NCBI GenBank assembly: GCA_029821215.1
Contig: JALGTV010000001.1
Span: forward strand, 1-38,693
Source: Candidatus Zipacnadia bacterium
Lineage (GTDB): Bacteria; Armatimonadota; Zipacnadia; Zipacnadales; Zipacnadaceae
Length of the DNA: 38,693 nucleotides
Reading direction: 5' to 3'
In this document: in pieces, positions 8,892 through 21,059 of the stretch
Layout: every line of letters starts with the position of its first letter
Numbering within the stretch: position 1 is the stretch's first letter
Position numbers and translations under genes: made by a program
Notes under the pieces: generated by a model
Databases searched by the model: none
Told to the model about the DNA's origin: nothing
What the model saw: the letters and a program-made list of their open reading frames with translations, nothing else

Positions 8892-10418
8892 GTGCGGGTC
8901 AATTCTGATAAACTAATCGCGGCCCTCCGCCAGCAGTTGGCCGAGTATGAACATAAGCTGCAGGTGGAAGAGATAGGTAATGTCGTTGAGGTTGGTGACG
9001 GGATTGCGGTAGTGGATGGCCTGCGGGGGGTAATGTCGCAGGAGCTGCTGGACTTTTCTGGCGGGGTAATGGCGGTTGCCTTTAACTTGGAGGAAGAGAC
9101 GGTTGGGTGCATACTGCTGGGACCTGACGAGGAGATTCAGGAAGGCGACCAGGTGCGACGCACCGGGCGCATCGCCGAGACCAGCGTCGGTGAGGCCGTG
9201 TTTGGTCGAGTAATGACGCCGCTGGCTGAGCCTCTGGATGATCGGGGGCCCATCGCTGCCGACCAGACTCGTCCGCTGGAGCTCAAAGCGCCGGGTGTCA
9301 TCGAGCGCCAACCCGTATGTGAGCCGCTGTACACGGGCATTAAGGCCATTGATGCTATGACCCCTATCGGCCGCGGTCAGCGGGAGCTAATCATTGGTGA
9401 CCGCCAGATAGGTAAGACGGCCATCGCCATTGATACTATCATCAACCAGCGAGACAGCGATGTCAGATGCATCTACGTGGCCATTGGCCAGAAGTTGTCG
9501 GGGGTTCGGCGTATCGCCGCCATTCTACAAGAGCATGGGGCTATGGAATATACCTGTATCGTGGCGGCTTGCGCCAGTGACCCCGCCGCCCTGCTGTACA
9601 TTGCCCCCTACGCCGGCTGTACCATCGGCGAGCACGAACGGGAGAATGGCCGCCATGCCCTGGTCATCTATGATGACCTCTCCAAGCATGCCAAAGCCTA
9701 TCGTGAACTTTCTTTGCTGTTGCGGCGGCCCCCGGGCCGGGAGGCCTATCCAGGCGATATCTTCAACCTCCATTCCCGACTGTTAGAGCGGGCCTGTAAG
9801 CTCAGTGAAGAGCGCGGCGGCGGCTCACTGACTGCCCTACCCATTGTGGAGACCCAGGAGGGAGACTATTCAGCTTATATTCCCACCAACGTCATTTCCA
9901 TTACCGATGGGCAGATTTACCTGGAGCCAGAGCTATTCCACCAGGGCGTCAGGCCGGCGGTCAACGTGGGGTTGAGCGTCTCACGGGTGGGTGGTGCGGC
10001 CCAGCCGCAAATGATGCGCCAAGTCAGTGGGCGACTGCGCACTGACCTGGCCGCGTATCGGGAATATGAGGCATTCACTCGCTTTGCGTCTGAGCTGGAT
10101 GAACGAACTCGGCAGATTCTGGGCCGCGGCCAGCGGATGGTGGAAGTGCTCAAACAAAGACAATATGCCCCGCTCTCGTCCGTGGAGCAGACCATCGCCA
10201 TCTTTGCCGGCACGCGCGGGCACTGGGATGACATTGAGCCTGACCGGATTGACGAACTTGAGCCGCAACTTATTGAGTTTATATACGAGCACCACCCGGA
10301 TGTTGTCGAGACGCTAACCGAGACGGAAGAGATTGAAGAGGAGATGGCGCAGCGGCTGACCGACGCGGTAGAAGAGTTTAAGGGTTCTCTGGAAGCTGAG
10401 CCGAGCGACCAGGAATAA
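8892..10418 (+). CDS. atpA: F-type ATP synthase subunit alpha
   Basis: 508 aa with Walker [12 protein letters not shown] start with GAGGTGAG upstream. Confidence 0.95.
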   Translation: MRVNSDKLIAALRQQLAEYEHKLQVEEIGNVVEVGDGIAVVDGLRGVMSQELLDFSGGVMAVAFNLEEETVGCILLGPDEEIQEGDQVRRTGRIAETSVGEAVFGRVMTPLAEPLDDRGPIAADQTRPLELKAPGVIERQPVCEPLYTGIKAIDAMTPIGRGQRELIIGDRQIGKTAIAIDTIINQRDSDVRCIYVAIGQKLSGVRRIAAILQEHGAMEYTCIVAACASDPAALLYIAPYAGCTIGEHERENGRHALVIYDDLSKHAKAYRELSLLLRRPPGREAYPGDIFNLHSRLLERACKLSEERGGGSLTALPIVETQEGDYSAYIPTNVISITDGQIYLEPELFHQGVRPAVNVGLSVSRVGGAAQPQMMRQVSGRLRTDLAAYREYEAFTRFASELDERTRQILGRGQRMVEVLKQRQYAPLSSVEQTIAIFAGTRGHWDDIEPDRIDELEPQLIEFIYEHHPDVVETLTETEEIEEEMAQRLTDAVEEFKGSLEAEPSDQE

Positions 10419-10441
10419 TAGGGAGAGAATGGGACGCAACA

Positions 10442-11299
10442 ATGGCGCTTAATCTGCGAGTGCTGCGGCGAAAAATCCGGACCGTGCGCCACATCCAGCA
10501 GATTACTCGGGCCATGAATCTGGTGGCCGCGGCTAAGCTGAGCCGGGCTCAGCAAATTGTCCAGGCGGGCCGATCCTATTACGAGCGCCTGCGCCAGGTG
10601 ACCGAGCATGTGGCGGCTGTCGGCGAGCTGGATCATCCGTATTTGCAGGCGCAGCAAGTCAATGCGGTGGCGGTATTGGTAGTAGGGGGAGATCGGGGGC
10701 TGTGCGGCGGATTTAATAGTAGTATATGGGAGAGCGCCGCTGAATATATTGCGAGCCAGACCGTGGCGACTAGGGTAATGACGGTGGGCAGCCGCATGGA
10801 GCGATTGGCGCGGCGGGCCACAGTTGATTTGGTGCGGGCGTGGCCGGGCTTGAGCGGGCCGCAGGATGCGGGGCTGGCGGCAGAAATAGCGAGTGTGGTG
10901 CGAGGAACGTATGAGCAGGGCGAGGTTGAGGTAGTCCAGGCAGTTTATGCCGATTTTGTGTCGGTAGTGCGACATCCGGTTCGCAATGAACAACTGCTGC
11001 CTATTGTTAGGCAGGGAATAGCTGGTGAAAGAGAAGCGGAGTATCTGTTTGAGCCACCCGCCGAACAGCTACTAAGCTGGCTGTTGCCGCGGGCGGTAGA
11101 CGCAGAAATCCGCCGTATATTGCTGGCTACACACACGGCTGAACAGGCAGCGCGGATGATGGCCATGAGAGCGGCCACCGACAACGCCGAGGACATGATA
11201 GAGGACCTGACTCGCCAATTGAACCGGGCCCGGCAGGAAGAGATTACCGCTGAGCTGTTGGATGTAGTGAGTGGAGCTCAAGCGGTAGGTGAAGAATGA
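10442..11299 (+). CDS. atpG: F-type ATP synthase subunit gamma
   Basis: 285 aa. The N-terminal helix (IRTVRHIQQITRAMNLVAAAKL) and C-terminal helix (ITAELLDVVSGAQAV) are typical of gamma. Confidence 0.9.
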   Translation: MALNLRVLRRKIRTVRHIQQITRAMNLVAAAKLSRAQQIVQAGRSYYERLRQVTEHVAAVGELDHPYLQAQQVNAVAVLVVGGDRGLCGGFNSSIWESAAEYIASQTVATRVMTVGSRMERLARRATVDLVRAWPGLSGPQDAGLAAEIASVVRGTYEQGEVEVVQAVYADFVSVVRHPVRNEQLLPIVRQGIAGEREAEYLFEPPAEQLLSWLLPRAVDAEIRRILLATHTAEQAARMMAMRAATDNAEDMIEDLTRQLNRARQEEITAELLDVVSGAQAVGEE

Positions 11300-11303
11300 G
11301 TAG

Positions 11304-12725
<1,422 letters not shown>

Positions 12726-12745
12726 GGGGGCGCCGGGCAATAGCT

Positions 12746-13165
12746 ATGGCGGTTAGTTTTCACCTCCAACTGATGACGCCAGAGGGAGTGCTGTTCGACG
12801 GGCAAGTACAGGCGGTGATACTGCCTGGGCACGATGGCTACTTCGGGGTACTGGCTAATCACGCGCCGCTGGTAGCCGAGTTGGGCATCGGTGAGGTGGT
12901 GGTCACGCCCGCTGACGGCCAACGCCGATACTTTGCCATCACCGGGGGAATAGGAGAGGTGGGCGAGAATACGGTGGCGGTACTGGCTGATGGAGGTGAA
13001 GCGGGTGAGGACATTGACGCGGGCCGGGCCAAAGCTGCCGCCGAGCGTGCCCGCCATCGGCTGGGGGGCGAAGGACCGGAGCCGGATATTGATGTCCAAC
13101 GAGCCCAACTGGCGCTGGCCCGAGCCCTGAATCGGCTGCATGTTGTCTCTGAAGTTAGCTCTTAA
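12746..13165 (+). CDS. atpC: F-type ATP synthase subunit epsilon
   Basis: 139 aa. N-terminal beta-sandwich pattern (LQLMTPEGVLFDGQV...GYFGVLANHAPL) and helical C-terminus. Last gene of the operon. Confidence 0.9.
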   Translation: MAVSFHLQLMTPEGVLFDGQVQAVILPGHDGYFGVLANHAPLVAELGIGEVVVTPADGQRRYFAITGGIGEVGENTVAVLADGGEAGEDIDAGRAKAAAERARHRLGGEGPEPDIDVQRAQLALARALNRLHVVSEVSS

Positions 13166-13268
13166 TGCCCATGTGACGGGTCTGGCGATTCTGCCATAGC
13201 CGCCGATTATTGTGGCTCCTCCACCAGGTACAGTCCATAGCTCCAGACGGCCCATACCTGTCCCCAGG

Positions 13269-13297
13269 TTGACACATTTGTTCAGATAATGTATGAT
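13269..13297 (+). promoter_or_regulatory. candidate sigma70 promoter of the OmpM-like gene
   Basis: TTGACA (13269-13274), 17 nt, TATGAT (13292-13297), about 135 nt upstream of the ATG at 13432. Confidence 0.45.
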
Positions 13298-13431
13298 ATG
13301 GTTGATTTTTGGGTACGTATTGACCTAAGTGGTAATTGTAGCCCAGGGTACTGACGACGAATTTATTAAAGCAAGGGTCGGTTAGTAGCGTAACTAATAT
13401 GAGCGGCAGTTAGCCAATGGAGGGAATACCA

Positions 13432-15234
13432 ATGCACCGATATTGGGTCGCCGCAGTCGTCGTTATGAGCTTGGTCGCAGCACCTGTTGAGGCCGGGGGG
13501 CCAGCTCGCCGAGTACCAGTTCGCCGAAAGCCTCCTGTAGCCAGACCCAAGCCCCCAACTCCCCCACCGGTGGTGCTCCCACCACCGGGCCATCCGCTGG
13601 AGACCGTTCCTCTTGACCACTGGGCCTATGATGCTGTCAAGAAGTTGGTGGAAGTGGGGATACTGATTGGGTATCCGGACAAATGGCTGCGCGGGGGACG
13701 GGCCATGACTCGCTATGAGTTTGCCATGGCCATCTCCCGGTTGTTGGATGCGCTGGCGCCGGTAAAACCGGCAGCTCCCGGGCCGCTCGGTCCGCCGGGA
13801 CCACCAGGAGAACCAGGGCCTCCGGGACCGGCGGGTGAACCTGGACAACCTGGCCCGCCGGGGGAGCCGGGACCACCAGCAGATATGACCGAAATTCGCC
13901 ACCTCACCGAAGCCCTGCAACAGGAGTTTAAGGAAGAACTGGCGGGCCTGCGAGAGCAGACCGATGCTACATCGTCGCTGGTGGAGGATCTGACCGAGCG
14001 GGTGGGCAGGCTGGAGGAACCTAAGACCCGCATCGGCGGCTGGATTGAATATCGCATCGGCTATGTCGGCAGTAAGCTATTTGAGAGTGAAAGTCTCGCT
14101 GATGACCTTACGGCCAAAATAACGGTCAGCCGGGATATTGACGAAGATACCGACGCTAAGATAGCCCTCAAGTTTGCCGACGGCGTGTTGCCCTTGACTG
14201 TGCTGGGGGTGGAAGTAGGCGAGAGACCACTATATCGCAACCCGCCTGGGGCCTTCACCGAGGGGTACGGTCAGGATCACTTCTGGCTGGATGAGGCGTG
14301 GCTAACCCGTCATATCGGCACCGACGATTTCTGGCGGGCCGGCCGCCAGTTCCAAGACTATGGACTGGGGCTGGTAGTGAATAATGAGCGCCGGGCCCAA
14401 CAGGGCATACGGCGCCGGTTCAATGGACTGTGGGGCACCGATTTTGACTTTGACGTATTCGCTGGGGGCGCTTCCTATGACTGGATGCCGATTCCGGTGA
14501 GTTTTAGGCCGGGAGGTCCAGTGGGCTCCAGCGGTATAGACGGATATGTGTCGGCCAGACTGTCCTATGACCGCCCGCGGTACACAATCGGCGTCAACTG
14601 GCTACCCACCGGAGTGGGGCGGGAGGACGCGGCAAGCGCTGATCTGGCCTGGCGCTACAGTGGTGATAAGTACATATTGTTTGAGGAGGCTCGCCAGGAT
14701 TTCCATGCCAATCGCTACCTATATTACCGCAAACACCGCCCCAGCGCGGCCATGGCCGTGGTTGATATTACTAAGTCTGAAGATTTCTGGCTGCAAGGGT
14801 TCTATTCGAAGGTGGATGCCGAATATGATATCCAATACTCGTCCATCCACCCGTACCTCAAAATAGAACAGCGCCATCGGCCAGGCAACCTGATCTATTG
14901 GGATCGCTGGTTGTGGAATCCACCGGCTATGACCAACCTGGAGTTCTTGGGCGGGAATATCTGGACCCGTATTTGTCATACACCGGTGCAGTTGACATAC
15001 TACGAGGTGGACAAAACGAGTGACTGGTGGTATGGCGCGCAGATTGCGTCTCTGACTCACGATAGGCTATGGGCTATCCGCACTACCCATCGGGTGGCCG
15101 ACGGGGTAGATGTGATACTAACCTATGCCCACCAGGACCGTTCAGACTATCCCAACCTGGACATTGAAGGCAGCCCGCTGGCTGATTATGGTGACCAAGA
15201 CCTGTTCCAGGCTATGGTCCAGGTCTCCTTTTAG
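13432..15234 (+). CDS. OmpM-like outer-membrane protein: signal peptide, SLH domain, collagen-like run, coiled coil, beta-barrel
   Basis: GGAGGG lies 8 nt upstream of ATG 13432 (the ORF opens at 13417). Signal peptide MHRYWVAAVVVMSLVAAPVEA. SLH motif DHWAYDAVKKLVEVGILIGYPD...MTRYEFA. Eleven G-X-Y triplets are followed by a heptad-like charged helix. The C-terminal ~400 aa are rich in aromatic/Gly alternation and end in VQVSF, a terminal Phe as in OMP beta-signals. Confidence 0.75.
   Translation: MHRYWVAAVVVMSLVAAPVEAGGPARRVPVRRKPPVARPKPPTPPPVVLPPPGHPLETVPLDHWAYDAVKKLVEVGILIGYPDKWLRGGRAMTRYEFAMAISRLLDALAPVKPAAPGPLGPPGPPGEPGPPGPAGEPGQPGPPGEPGPPADMTEIRHLTEALQQEFKEELAGLREQTDATSSLVEDLTERVGRLEEPKTRIGGWIEYRIGYVGSKLFESESLADDLTAKITVSRDIDEDTDAKIALKFADGVLPLTVLGVEVGERPLYRNPPGAFTEGYGQDHFWLDEAWLTRHIGTDDFWRAGRQFQDYGLGLVVNNERRAQQGIRRRFNGLWGTDFDFDVFAGGASYDWMPIPVSFRPGGPVGSSGIDGYVSARLSYDRPRYTIGVNWLPTGVGREDAASADLAWRYSGDKYILFEEARQDFHANRYLYYRKHRPSAAMAVVDITKSEDFWLQGFYSKVDAEYDIQYSSIHPYLKIEQRHRPGNLIYWDRWLWNPPAMTNLEFLGGNIWTRICHTPVQLTYYEVDKTSDWWYGAQIASLTHDRLWAIRTTHRVADGVDVILTYAHQDRSDYPNLDIEGSPLADYGDQDLFQAMVQVSF
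13780..13878 (+). repeat. collagen-like (Gly-X-Y)x11 coding repeat inside the OmpM-like gene
   Basis: Translates to GPLGPPGPPGEPGPPGPAGEPGQPGPPGEPGPP, which is 11 uninterrupted G-X-Y triplets, mostly G-P-P or G-E-P. Confidence 0.85.
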
Positions 15235-15279
15235 AGCCAAGTGACGCGATGTAGTTATAGCCTGGCCACCGTACTTATC

Positions 15280-15318
15280 GTGGCTGTGGTCCGTAGAGGC
15301 CGCAGCCACTTTCATCTG
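15280..15318 (+). terminator. candidate intrinsic terminator after the OmpM-like gene
   Basis: GTGGCTGTGGTC (15280-15291) pairs with GGCCGCAGCCAC (15298-15309), about 12 bp including two G-U pairs, around a 6-nt loop. A weak T-tract TTTCATCT follows. Confidence 0.4.
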
Positions 15319-15597
15319 TATGCAGCAATGAAGGGCACAGGCCATGACAGTTGAACCGGGTGACGTGTTAGACTCGGTGCTGGATTGGCTCCAGACACAA
15401 ATTGACCTGGAGCACTTGGCCAAAGTTGAACAGCACCACCGCGATGTTATGCACTGGCGACCATTCGCTCTTGGTCTTAGCTGACGGGGGAGGTGGCCAG
15501 GGGTAGAGGCGGAGGTCAATTGGTTGGCGACGGTCAATTTAATGCTAAAGCTACTACGATTCATATTTCCACCAACTTCCACTTCAGGCGGCAAGTC

Positions 15598-16242
15598 ATG
15601 AAATCAGCTCTTATGGTATGGGGAGGCTGGGAAGGGCACGAACCCAAGCAATGTGTAGATATCTTCGCTCCCTATCTGGAGGAGCAGGACTTTGATGTAC
15701 GGCTCTCCCACTCGCTGGACGTGTATCTGGAGCAAGATTATATGGAGTCGCTGAGCCTTATTGTACCGGTGTGGACTATGGGAACAATCACTGGGGAGCA
15801 AGAGCAGGGGCTGCTGGCGGCGGTGCGCAGCGGGGTAGGTATCGCTGGCTGGCATGGCGGTATGGGGGACTCGTTCCGGAATAATACTGAGTATCAGTTC
15901 ATGGTGGGTGGCCAATGGGTGGCCCATCCCGGAGGAATAATAGACTGCGTGGTCAACATCATCAACCACCAGGACCCGATCACGGCCGGGCTGGAGGATT
16001 TCAAGATACACTCTGAACAGTATTATATGCATGTGGATCCGTCCAACCAGGTTCTGGCCACCACTACATTCAGCGGGGATGAGTACCCCTGGATTGAGGG
16101 TTGTGTCATGCCAGTGGTGTGGAAACGGCACTATGGGCAAGGCCGAGTGTTTTATACATCCTTGGGCCATGTGGCCGCAGATTTTGATGTACCTGAGGCC
16201 CGTAGTATTGTCCAGCGGGGAATGCTGTGGGCCAGTCGTTAG
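15598..16242 (+). CDS. ThuA-domain protein (trehalose-utilisation-like, glutamine amidotransferase-like fold)
   Basis: The ORF opens at 15493. ATG 15598 gives [16 protein letters not shown], a typical ThuA-family N-terminus, and a 214-aa product. Confidence 0.78.
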   Translation: MKSALMVWGGWEGHEPKQCVDIFAPYLEEQDFDVRLSHSLDVYLEQDYMESLSLIVPVWTMGTITGEQEQGLLAAVRSGVGIAGWHGGMGDSFRNNTEYQFMVGGQWVAHPGGIIDCVVNIINHQDPITAGLEDFKIHSEQYYMHVDPSNQVLATTTFSGDEYPWIEGCVMPVVWKRHYGQGRVFYTSLGHVAADFDVPEARSIVQRGMLWASR

Positions 16243-16317
16243 CGTCGCTGCAGAGCCATCGGTGGTCCCTGCGATCCACAAATTCGTCAACATACCCATA
16301 AAGATGAGGTAATCCTA

Positions 16318-17427
16318 ATGAGCGTATCGCCGGTCAATATTGGCTTTATTGGCTGTGGGCAGATTAGCGGCCCATACCTGAGAATGTGTAAGCAGTTTGA
16401 GGTTCTACAAATAGCCGCCTGCGCCGATTTGATGATGGAGCGGGCTGAAGCGCAGGCTACCCAATATGAGGTGCCGGTGGCTTGTAGTCCGGAGGAACTG
16501 CTGGCCGACCCCGCAATCCAGATTGTGGTCAACCTCACTCCGCCCCAAGCCCATTATGAAGTGGCGATGGCAGCGATTGAAGCCGGCAAGAGCGTATGGA
16601 ATGAAAAGCCACTGGCCCTCAATCGGCAAGAAGGCCAGGAGCTACTGGCGGCGGCAGATGAGGCCGGCGTGCTGGTCGGCTGTGCGCCGGATACATTCCT
16701 GGGTGCCGGCCTCCAGACCAGTATCAAGCTGATTGATGACGGAGAAATCGGGGAACCCATTGGGGCCACGGCATTTATGCTGTCCTGCGGGGCCGAACAC
16801 TTCCATCCCAACCCAGAATTTTTCTACCGAACCGGCGGCGGGCCGATGTTTGATATGGGGCCTTATTATCTGACTGCCTTGATTGCTATGCTGGGCCCGG
16901 TGCAGCGGGTTACTGGTTCAGCGCGCATTAGCTTCCCCGAGCGGACTATCACCAGTAAGCCCAAACAAGGCACCAAGATTACCGTGGAAGTGCCCACTCA
17001 TGTGGCGGGCATTATGGATTTTGCAAGTGGCGCGATTGGGACGATTATCACCAGCTTTGATGTCTGGGCAACCCAGCTGCCTCGCATTGAAATCTACGGG
17101 AGTGAGGCCACATTGAGTGTACCCGACCCCAATACGGTAAAGGGGCCGGTGCGGGTGCGCAGGGCGGGTGAGGATGACTGGCAGCAGATAGAGCTGACCC
17201 ACGGGTATAGAGATAATGCCCGCAGTATTGGGGTAGCGGATATGGCTTATGCGCTCCAGTCAGGACGACCCCACCGGGCCAGTGGCGAGCTGGCATACCA
17301 CGTACTGGATATTATGTGTGCCATCCATGAGGCTTCCGATCAGGGGCAGCACATCAAGCTGACCAGTACCTGCTCCCGTCCGGCGCCGTTGCCGGTCGGT
17401 CTGCCGGATGGCACACTGGATAAGTAG
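16318..17427 (+). CDS. Gfo/Idh/MocA family oxidoreductase
   Basis: 369 aa with N-terminal Rossmann [13 protein letters not shown] and EKP motif WNEKPLA. Paired with the ThuA-like gene, a common arrangement. Confidence 0.88.
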   Translation: MSVSPVNIGFIGCGQISGPYLRMCKQFEVLQIAACADLMMERAEAQATQYEVPVACSPEELLADPAIQIVVNLTPPQAHYEVAMAAIEAGKSVWNEKPLALNRQEGQELLAAADEAGVLVGCAPDTFLGAGLQTSIKLIDDGEIGEPIGATAFMLSCGAEHFHPNPEFFYRTGGGPMFDMGPYYLTALIAMLGPVQRVTGSARISFPERTITSKPKQGTKITVEVPTHVAGIMDFASGAIGTIITSFDVWATQLPRIEIYGSEATLSVPDPNTVKGPVRVRRAGEDDWQQIELTHGYRDNARSIGVADMAYALQSGRPHRASGELAYHVLDIMCAIHEASDQGQHIKLTSTCSRPAPLPVGLPDGTLDK

Positions 17428-17583
17428 TTCTGCCGAGCCGTAGCTAAGGCAGAATCTCCGGGCCGTATGGCGGATTAGCCCCGAGCCAATGCTGCCAGAG
17501 CACTCGCGATGGATATTGCGTTTTTATTGGTTAGGCCCACCTCTCTGCATCAGGCTTATTTTGCCGCTCGGGTTGATAATTGC

Positions 17584-20500
17584 TCAACGGACTATATTCA
17601 TAGCAGCCAGGCCCCGGGCTGCGGTCCCGTCCGGGGCAGCAGCCCGTATCTCAATAAGGTATCGGCCATTGGGCACCACACTACCGTTGCCACTGCGTCC
17701 ATCCCAAGCCACTATGCTCTGCCCGGCAGGATATGTCCGTCCCGTCTGTAGTACTCTGATGGGCCGGCCGGCAATGTTCATAATTTTTATATCACAATTA
17801 GCAGATTTAGACAGGATAAATGTTATCTGACCCCGGCCGTGGTGGGATAGAGCAGTCACATTGGTCACCATTAGTGGTTGGTTACCAGTACGGTGAAATT
17901 CCAGGCGGAAATGACGTTGGCCAGGTTGGCCTGCAGTAAAGCGGTAGCAGTGCTGAGTGCGTAAATTGACCGTTTTTGCGCTCTCCCGGTCACAGAGGGT
18001 CGCCGTGTACCGTGAGGGTATCTGGTCAACAGTGGGCCAAGATATGATTATCTCCGCGAACGGCTGCTGCCAGGTCACTGTCATCTCCCATATTAACTGA
18101 GGCTTATCCTGGCGGCGGAAACTGGCAGCTAACCGCCGGTTGCTGGCCGAAGGTGAGAAGTATAGGTCTACGCCGCCAGCGACAGTGGGAGGATTGTCCA
18201 CACAAGTAACGGCAGCCGCCGGCCGCACTCCGCAGAAGTTGTCCATATCCCGGAACTGACCAGCCTCGGCCACTAAGCGCAGGGCCCAGCCATTGTCAGA
18301 TTCAGTAGTCGTAACGGCGGCTTGGGCCGGGTGAGGGAGTTGGGCTGGTGCGGAAGGCCGGGGGATAGTCACAGTGCAGTTTTTCAAGACCAGCATCCAG
18401 AATCCCTGCCACGGCGAAACCAAGCGACTACCGGCTGTGTCAGCATTGATCATCCGATAACTGTGACTATCATCCTCGTAGACCCATGCCACACTGCGGG
18501 CAATTCCCTGGATATCCGCGCTGAGTAGATCCATAGTGTTACTCTCATAAGTTACCGTACAGGCTCCGAAATCAATAGCACCAAAGAAAGGATTAGCCAA
18601 TTGATGCCAACCGGGCTGGACGGGGACATCAAAGTCACCAGCCGGTGCTGAAGTGCCTTCCGGTTGGACGTTCACTTGATGGGGCAAGTCTATCCAAAAG
18701 CCGCTCCCCAGGGCCAATTGCAGGAATTGGGGCAGCGGTTCGCCTTGATAATACACATATTGGTTATTGGTAGTATCCCATCGGGCATATTGAAGCTCAG
18801 CAGGGTCCAGGCCGAAAAGTGTTGCCGGGTGCTCATCAATGGGTACTGCCGGAGTCCCGAGCATAGCTAAGCCGGCAGGGAAGGTCAGCTCGCCATTGGG
18901 ATATGACTGGACGGGTCCAGCAGTCTGGACGAATAGCTCTTCATTGCCGACCACATCCACGGCAGTGATGGCATAGTAGTAATCCACTCCATCCAGTGTA
19001 GTGTCATCAATGTACTGCGCGACAGTGGACTGCTCAATAGCGACCATAGCGGTCAGACCGTCCACGTTATTGAAATCTCGCGTACGGCGGTAAATCCGAT
19101 ATGCAGCAAAGTCAGATGGGGGGGAGTAGGTCCAAGTCAGGACCACTGCACCTCCGTCATCATCAGGCCGGTCAACAGCACCCAGGGTGGTTATCTGTGG
19201 CGGTGGACAGTCGTCGCGGGATTGTACCGGACCGGTTATTTGTGAGTCGCTGAATAGGGTACCGTCACTGGTGCGGATCAGGTAGTAGTAATCGGTGCCG
19301 TCAGTGACCGTCTCGTCCGAGTATTGTTCGGTACCAGCAGGCAACTGGGCGATATCCTCAAAGGGGCCGGATGCATTGGGGGCGCGGCGGATAATGTAAC
19401 TGGTGACACTGTCGGCCCCGGCACCATCGTCGGGTGATTTGAGCCAGGTTATGGTGATACTGCCGCCTTGATCGCCAGGGGTGTCCTGGGCGCTTAGCTC
19501 GGCAACAGGACGAGGCGCACTGGCAACTCCCAGGGCCCGAGCCGCATTAACTCGGCCTGTACCCAATTTCCCGGCGTAGCCGGGGTTGGCTTCATCAATA
19601 TTGTCAGTGGTATTACGGATGGACTGGTATACCTGGGCCGGGGTGATCGTAGGGTACTGAGCGATGAGCAGAGCCGCCAGACCCGAGACGATGGGGCAAG
19701 AAAAAGAGGTGCCGCTATTGGTGCCCCAATACTCGTCAAACATCGGCCAGGCCGGGTCGTAAAACATGGGCCCGTACACCGCCTGACCGGGAGCGGCTAC
19801 GTCTACAAAATTAGCCGTAGAACTATCAAAGTTGGCGTAGTTAGCCCGCTGATCGTAGCGATCAGTAGCGGTAATTCCGAGCACATAGTTGTCGCTGAAT
19901 ACATCGGGGCCGTCATTGCAGACCGGCGACTCCCAGGTGGACTGGGCATTAGTGAATTCAGTGTCACTGTTTCCGGCCGCTGACACCACCACTATCCCCG
20001 CCTCGTAGGCTCTATTTATAGGGGGCGAGAAGGCCTGCGAGTAGCCACCTCCGAGGCTGAGATTGATGATGTCAACACCCATCTGGGTAGCATAGTCAAT
20101 GGCCTCGCACACCCGTGATACCGGGCTGCCACCGTCATCGTCAAAAACCTGGATGGGCAGGATCTTCGCCGACCAATCCATGCCGGCACTCCCCCAGCCA
20201 TCATTAGTTACCGCCGCCGCCAGCCCCGCCGCCAGGGTACCGTGGGAGACCTGTTCATCTACTGATCCGTTACTGTCATCGTCCTGGCCGTCGGGTTGAG
20301 GTGTGGGATCGTTATCGTCGTGGACGAAATCCCAACCGTGGACATCATCAATGAAGCCATTACCATCGTCATCAATTCCGTTGCCCGGCACCTCGCCGGG
20401 ATTGGTCCAGATTTTGGCAGCTAAGTCGGGATGATCCAGATCACAGCCCGAATCAATAATGGCGATGACTACCGAGGAACTACCCACCGTCACCTCCCAG

Positions 20501-21027
20501 GCCTGGGGCGCATCTATAAGGGGCAGATGATACTGGTGGCTATACTTGGGGTCATTGGGGATGCGGGCGGGGTAGACGAAGGTATCGGGTACCGCGAACT
20601 CAACCTCGGGGCGAGTAGCCAGTTCAGTGGCCGCCGCATGCAGGTCGCTACCCCGGGGCAAGTCCACGACCACCATACCGCTAACTGGCAACGCCCGCGC
20701 TATCCGGCAATTAGTCTCAGCCGCCAGTGGCTGAAGCTGAGCTGGCCGGACATGGGGACGTAGCTTAACAATCAGCCGGTCAGCTACTGCTCGGGGCGGC
20801 ACGTAGCGGAGCTGGCCCGTCGGCTGGACAATGGCATAGGGTCGGCCCGGTATGGGCACGGTCTTGGCAGGCACAGCCGTGGCGGCTACGGCTGAGGAAA
20901 CAACCATCAGACCCAGTAAGCTGGCCCCCAGGCACAGCGAATTACATTTGCTAATACTAATCACTACTGCTGTCTCCGCTTGTTGGGCATTTACAATGTA
21001 GCCGCCGGCTGATGGCCGGCGGTGCAT
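17584..21027 (-). CDS. secreted S8 (subtilisin-family) serine peptidase with two FN3-like domains and a C-terminal FlgD-Ig-like domain
   Basis: Catalytic triad contexts: IAIIDSGCD (Asp), SHGTLAAG (His) and GTSFSCPIVSG (Ser). An Asp-rich Ca-binding-like insert (GIDDDGNGFIDD) is present. Two ~95-aa repeats carry DYYY motifs. C-terminal segment IVAWDGRSGNGSVVPNGRYLIEI. The likely true start is GTG 20964, which gives the signal peptide MISISKCNSLCLGASLLGLMVVSSAVAATA with GGAG upstream. Confidence 0.9.
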   Translation of the reverse strand: MHRRPSAGGYIVNAQQAETAVVISISKCNSLCLGASLLGLMVVSSAVAATAVPAKTVPIPGRPYAIVQPTGQLRYVPPRAVADRLIVKLRPHVRPAQLQPLAAETNCRIARALPVSGMVVVDLPRGSDLHAAATELATRPEVEFAVPDTFVYPARIPNDPKYSHQYHLPLIDAPQAWEVTVGSSSVVIAIIDSGCDLDHPDLAAKIWTNPGEVPGNGIDDDGNGFIDDVHGWDFVHDDNDPTPQPDGQDDDSNGSVDEQVSHGTLAAGLAAAVTNDGWGSAGMDWSAKILPIQVFDDDGGSPVSRVCEAIDYATQMGVDIINLSLGGGYSQAFSPPINRAYEAGIVVVSAAGNSDTEFTNAQSTWESPVCNDGPDVFSDNYVLGITATDRYDQRANYANFDSSTANFVDVAAPGQAVYGPMFYDPAWPMFDEYWGTNSGTSFSCPIVSGLAALLIAQYPTITPAQVYQSIRNTTDNIDEANPGYAGKLGTGRVNAARALGVASAPRPVAELSAQDTPGDQGGSITITWLKSPDDGAGADSVTSYIIRRAPNASGPFEDIAQLPAGTEQYSDETVTDGTDYYYLIRTSDGTLFSDSQITGPVQSRDDCPPPQITTLGAVDRPDDDGGAVVLTWTYSPPSDFAAYRIYRRTRDFNNVDGLTAMVAIEQSTVAQYIDDTTLDGVDYYYAITAVDVVGNEELFVQTAGPVQSYPNGELTFPAGLAMLGTPAVPIDEHPATLFGLDPAELQYARWDTTNNQYVYYQGEPLPQFLQLALGSGFWIDLPHQVNVQPEGTSAPAGDFDVPVQPGWHQLANPFFGAIDFGACTVTYESNTMDLLSADIQGIARSVAWVYEDDSHSYRMINADTAGSRLVSPWQGFWMLVLKNCTVTIPRPSAPAQLPHPAQAAVTTTESDNGWALRLVAEAGQFRDMDNFCGVRPAAAVTCVDNPPTVAGGVDLYFSPSASNRRLAASFRRQDKPQLIWEMTVTWQQPFAEIIISWPTVDQIPSRYTATLCDRESAKTVNLRTQHCYRFTAGQPGQRHFRLEFHRTGNQPLMVTNVTALSHHGRGQITFILSKSANCDIKIMNIAGRPIRVLQTGRTYPAGQSIVAWDGRSGNGSVVPNGRYLIEIRAAAPDGTAARGLAAMNIVR

Positions 21028-21059
21028 CTACTACCTTTCTCATTTGTACCAACCCAACA

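Noticed and set aside
9917-10993. 358-aa minus-strand ORF spanning atpA/atpG
   Set aside because: It is antisense to two strongly supported, motif-bearing genes. Its product is Ser/Arg/Cys-rich with no motifs. This is a typical shadow ORF of GC-rich coding DNA.
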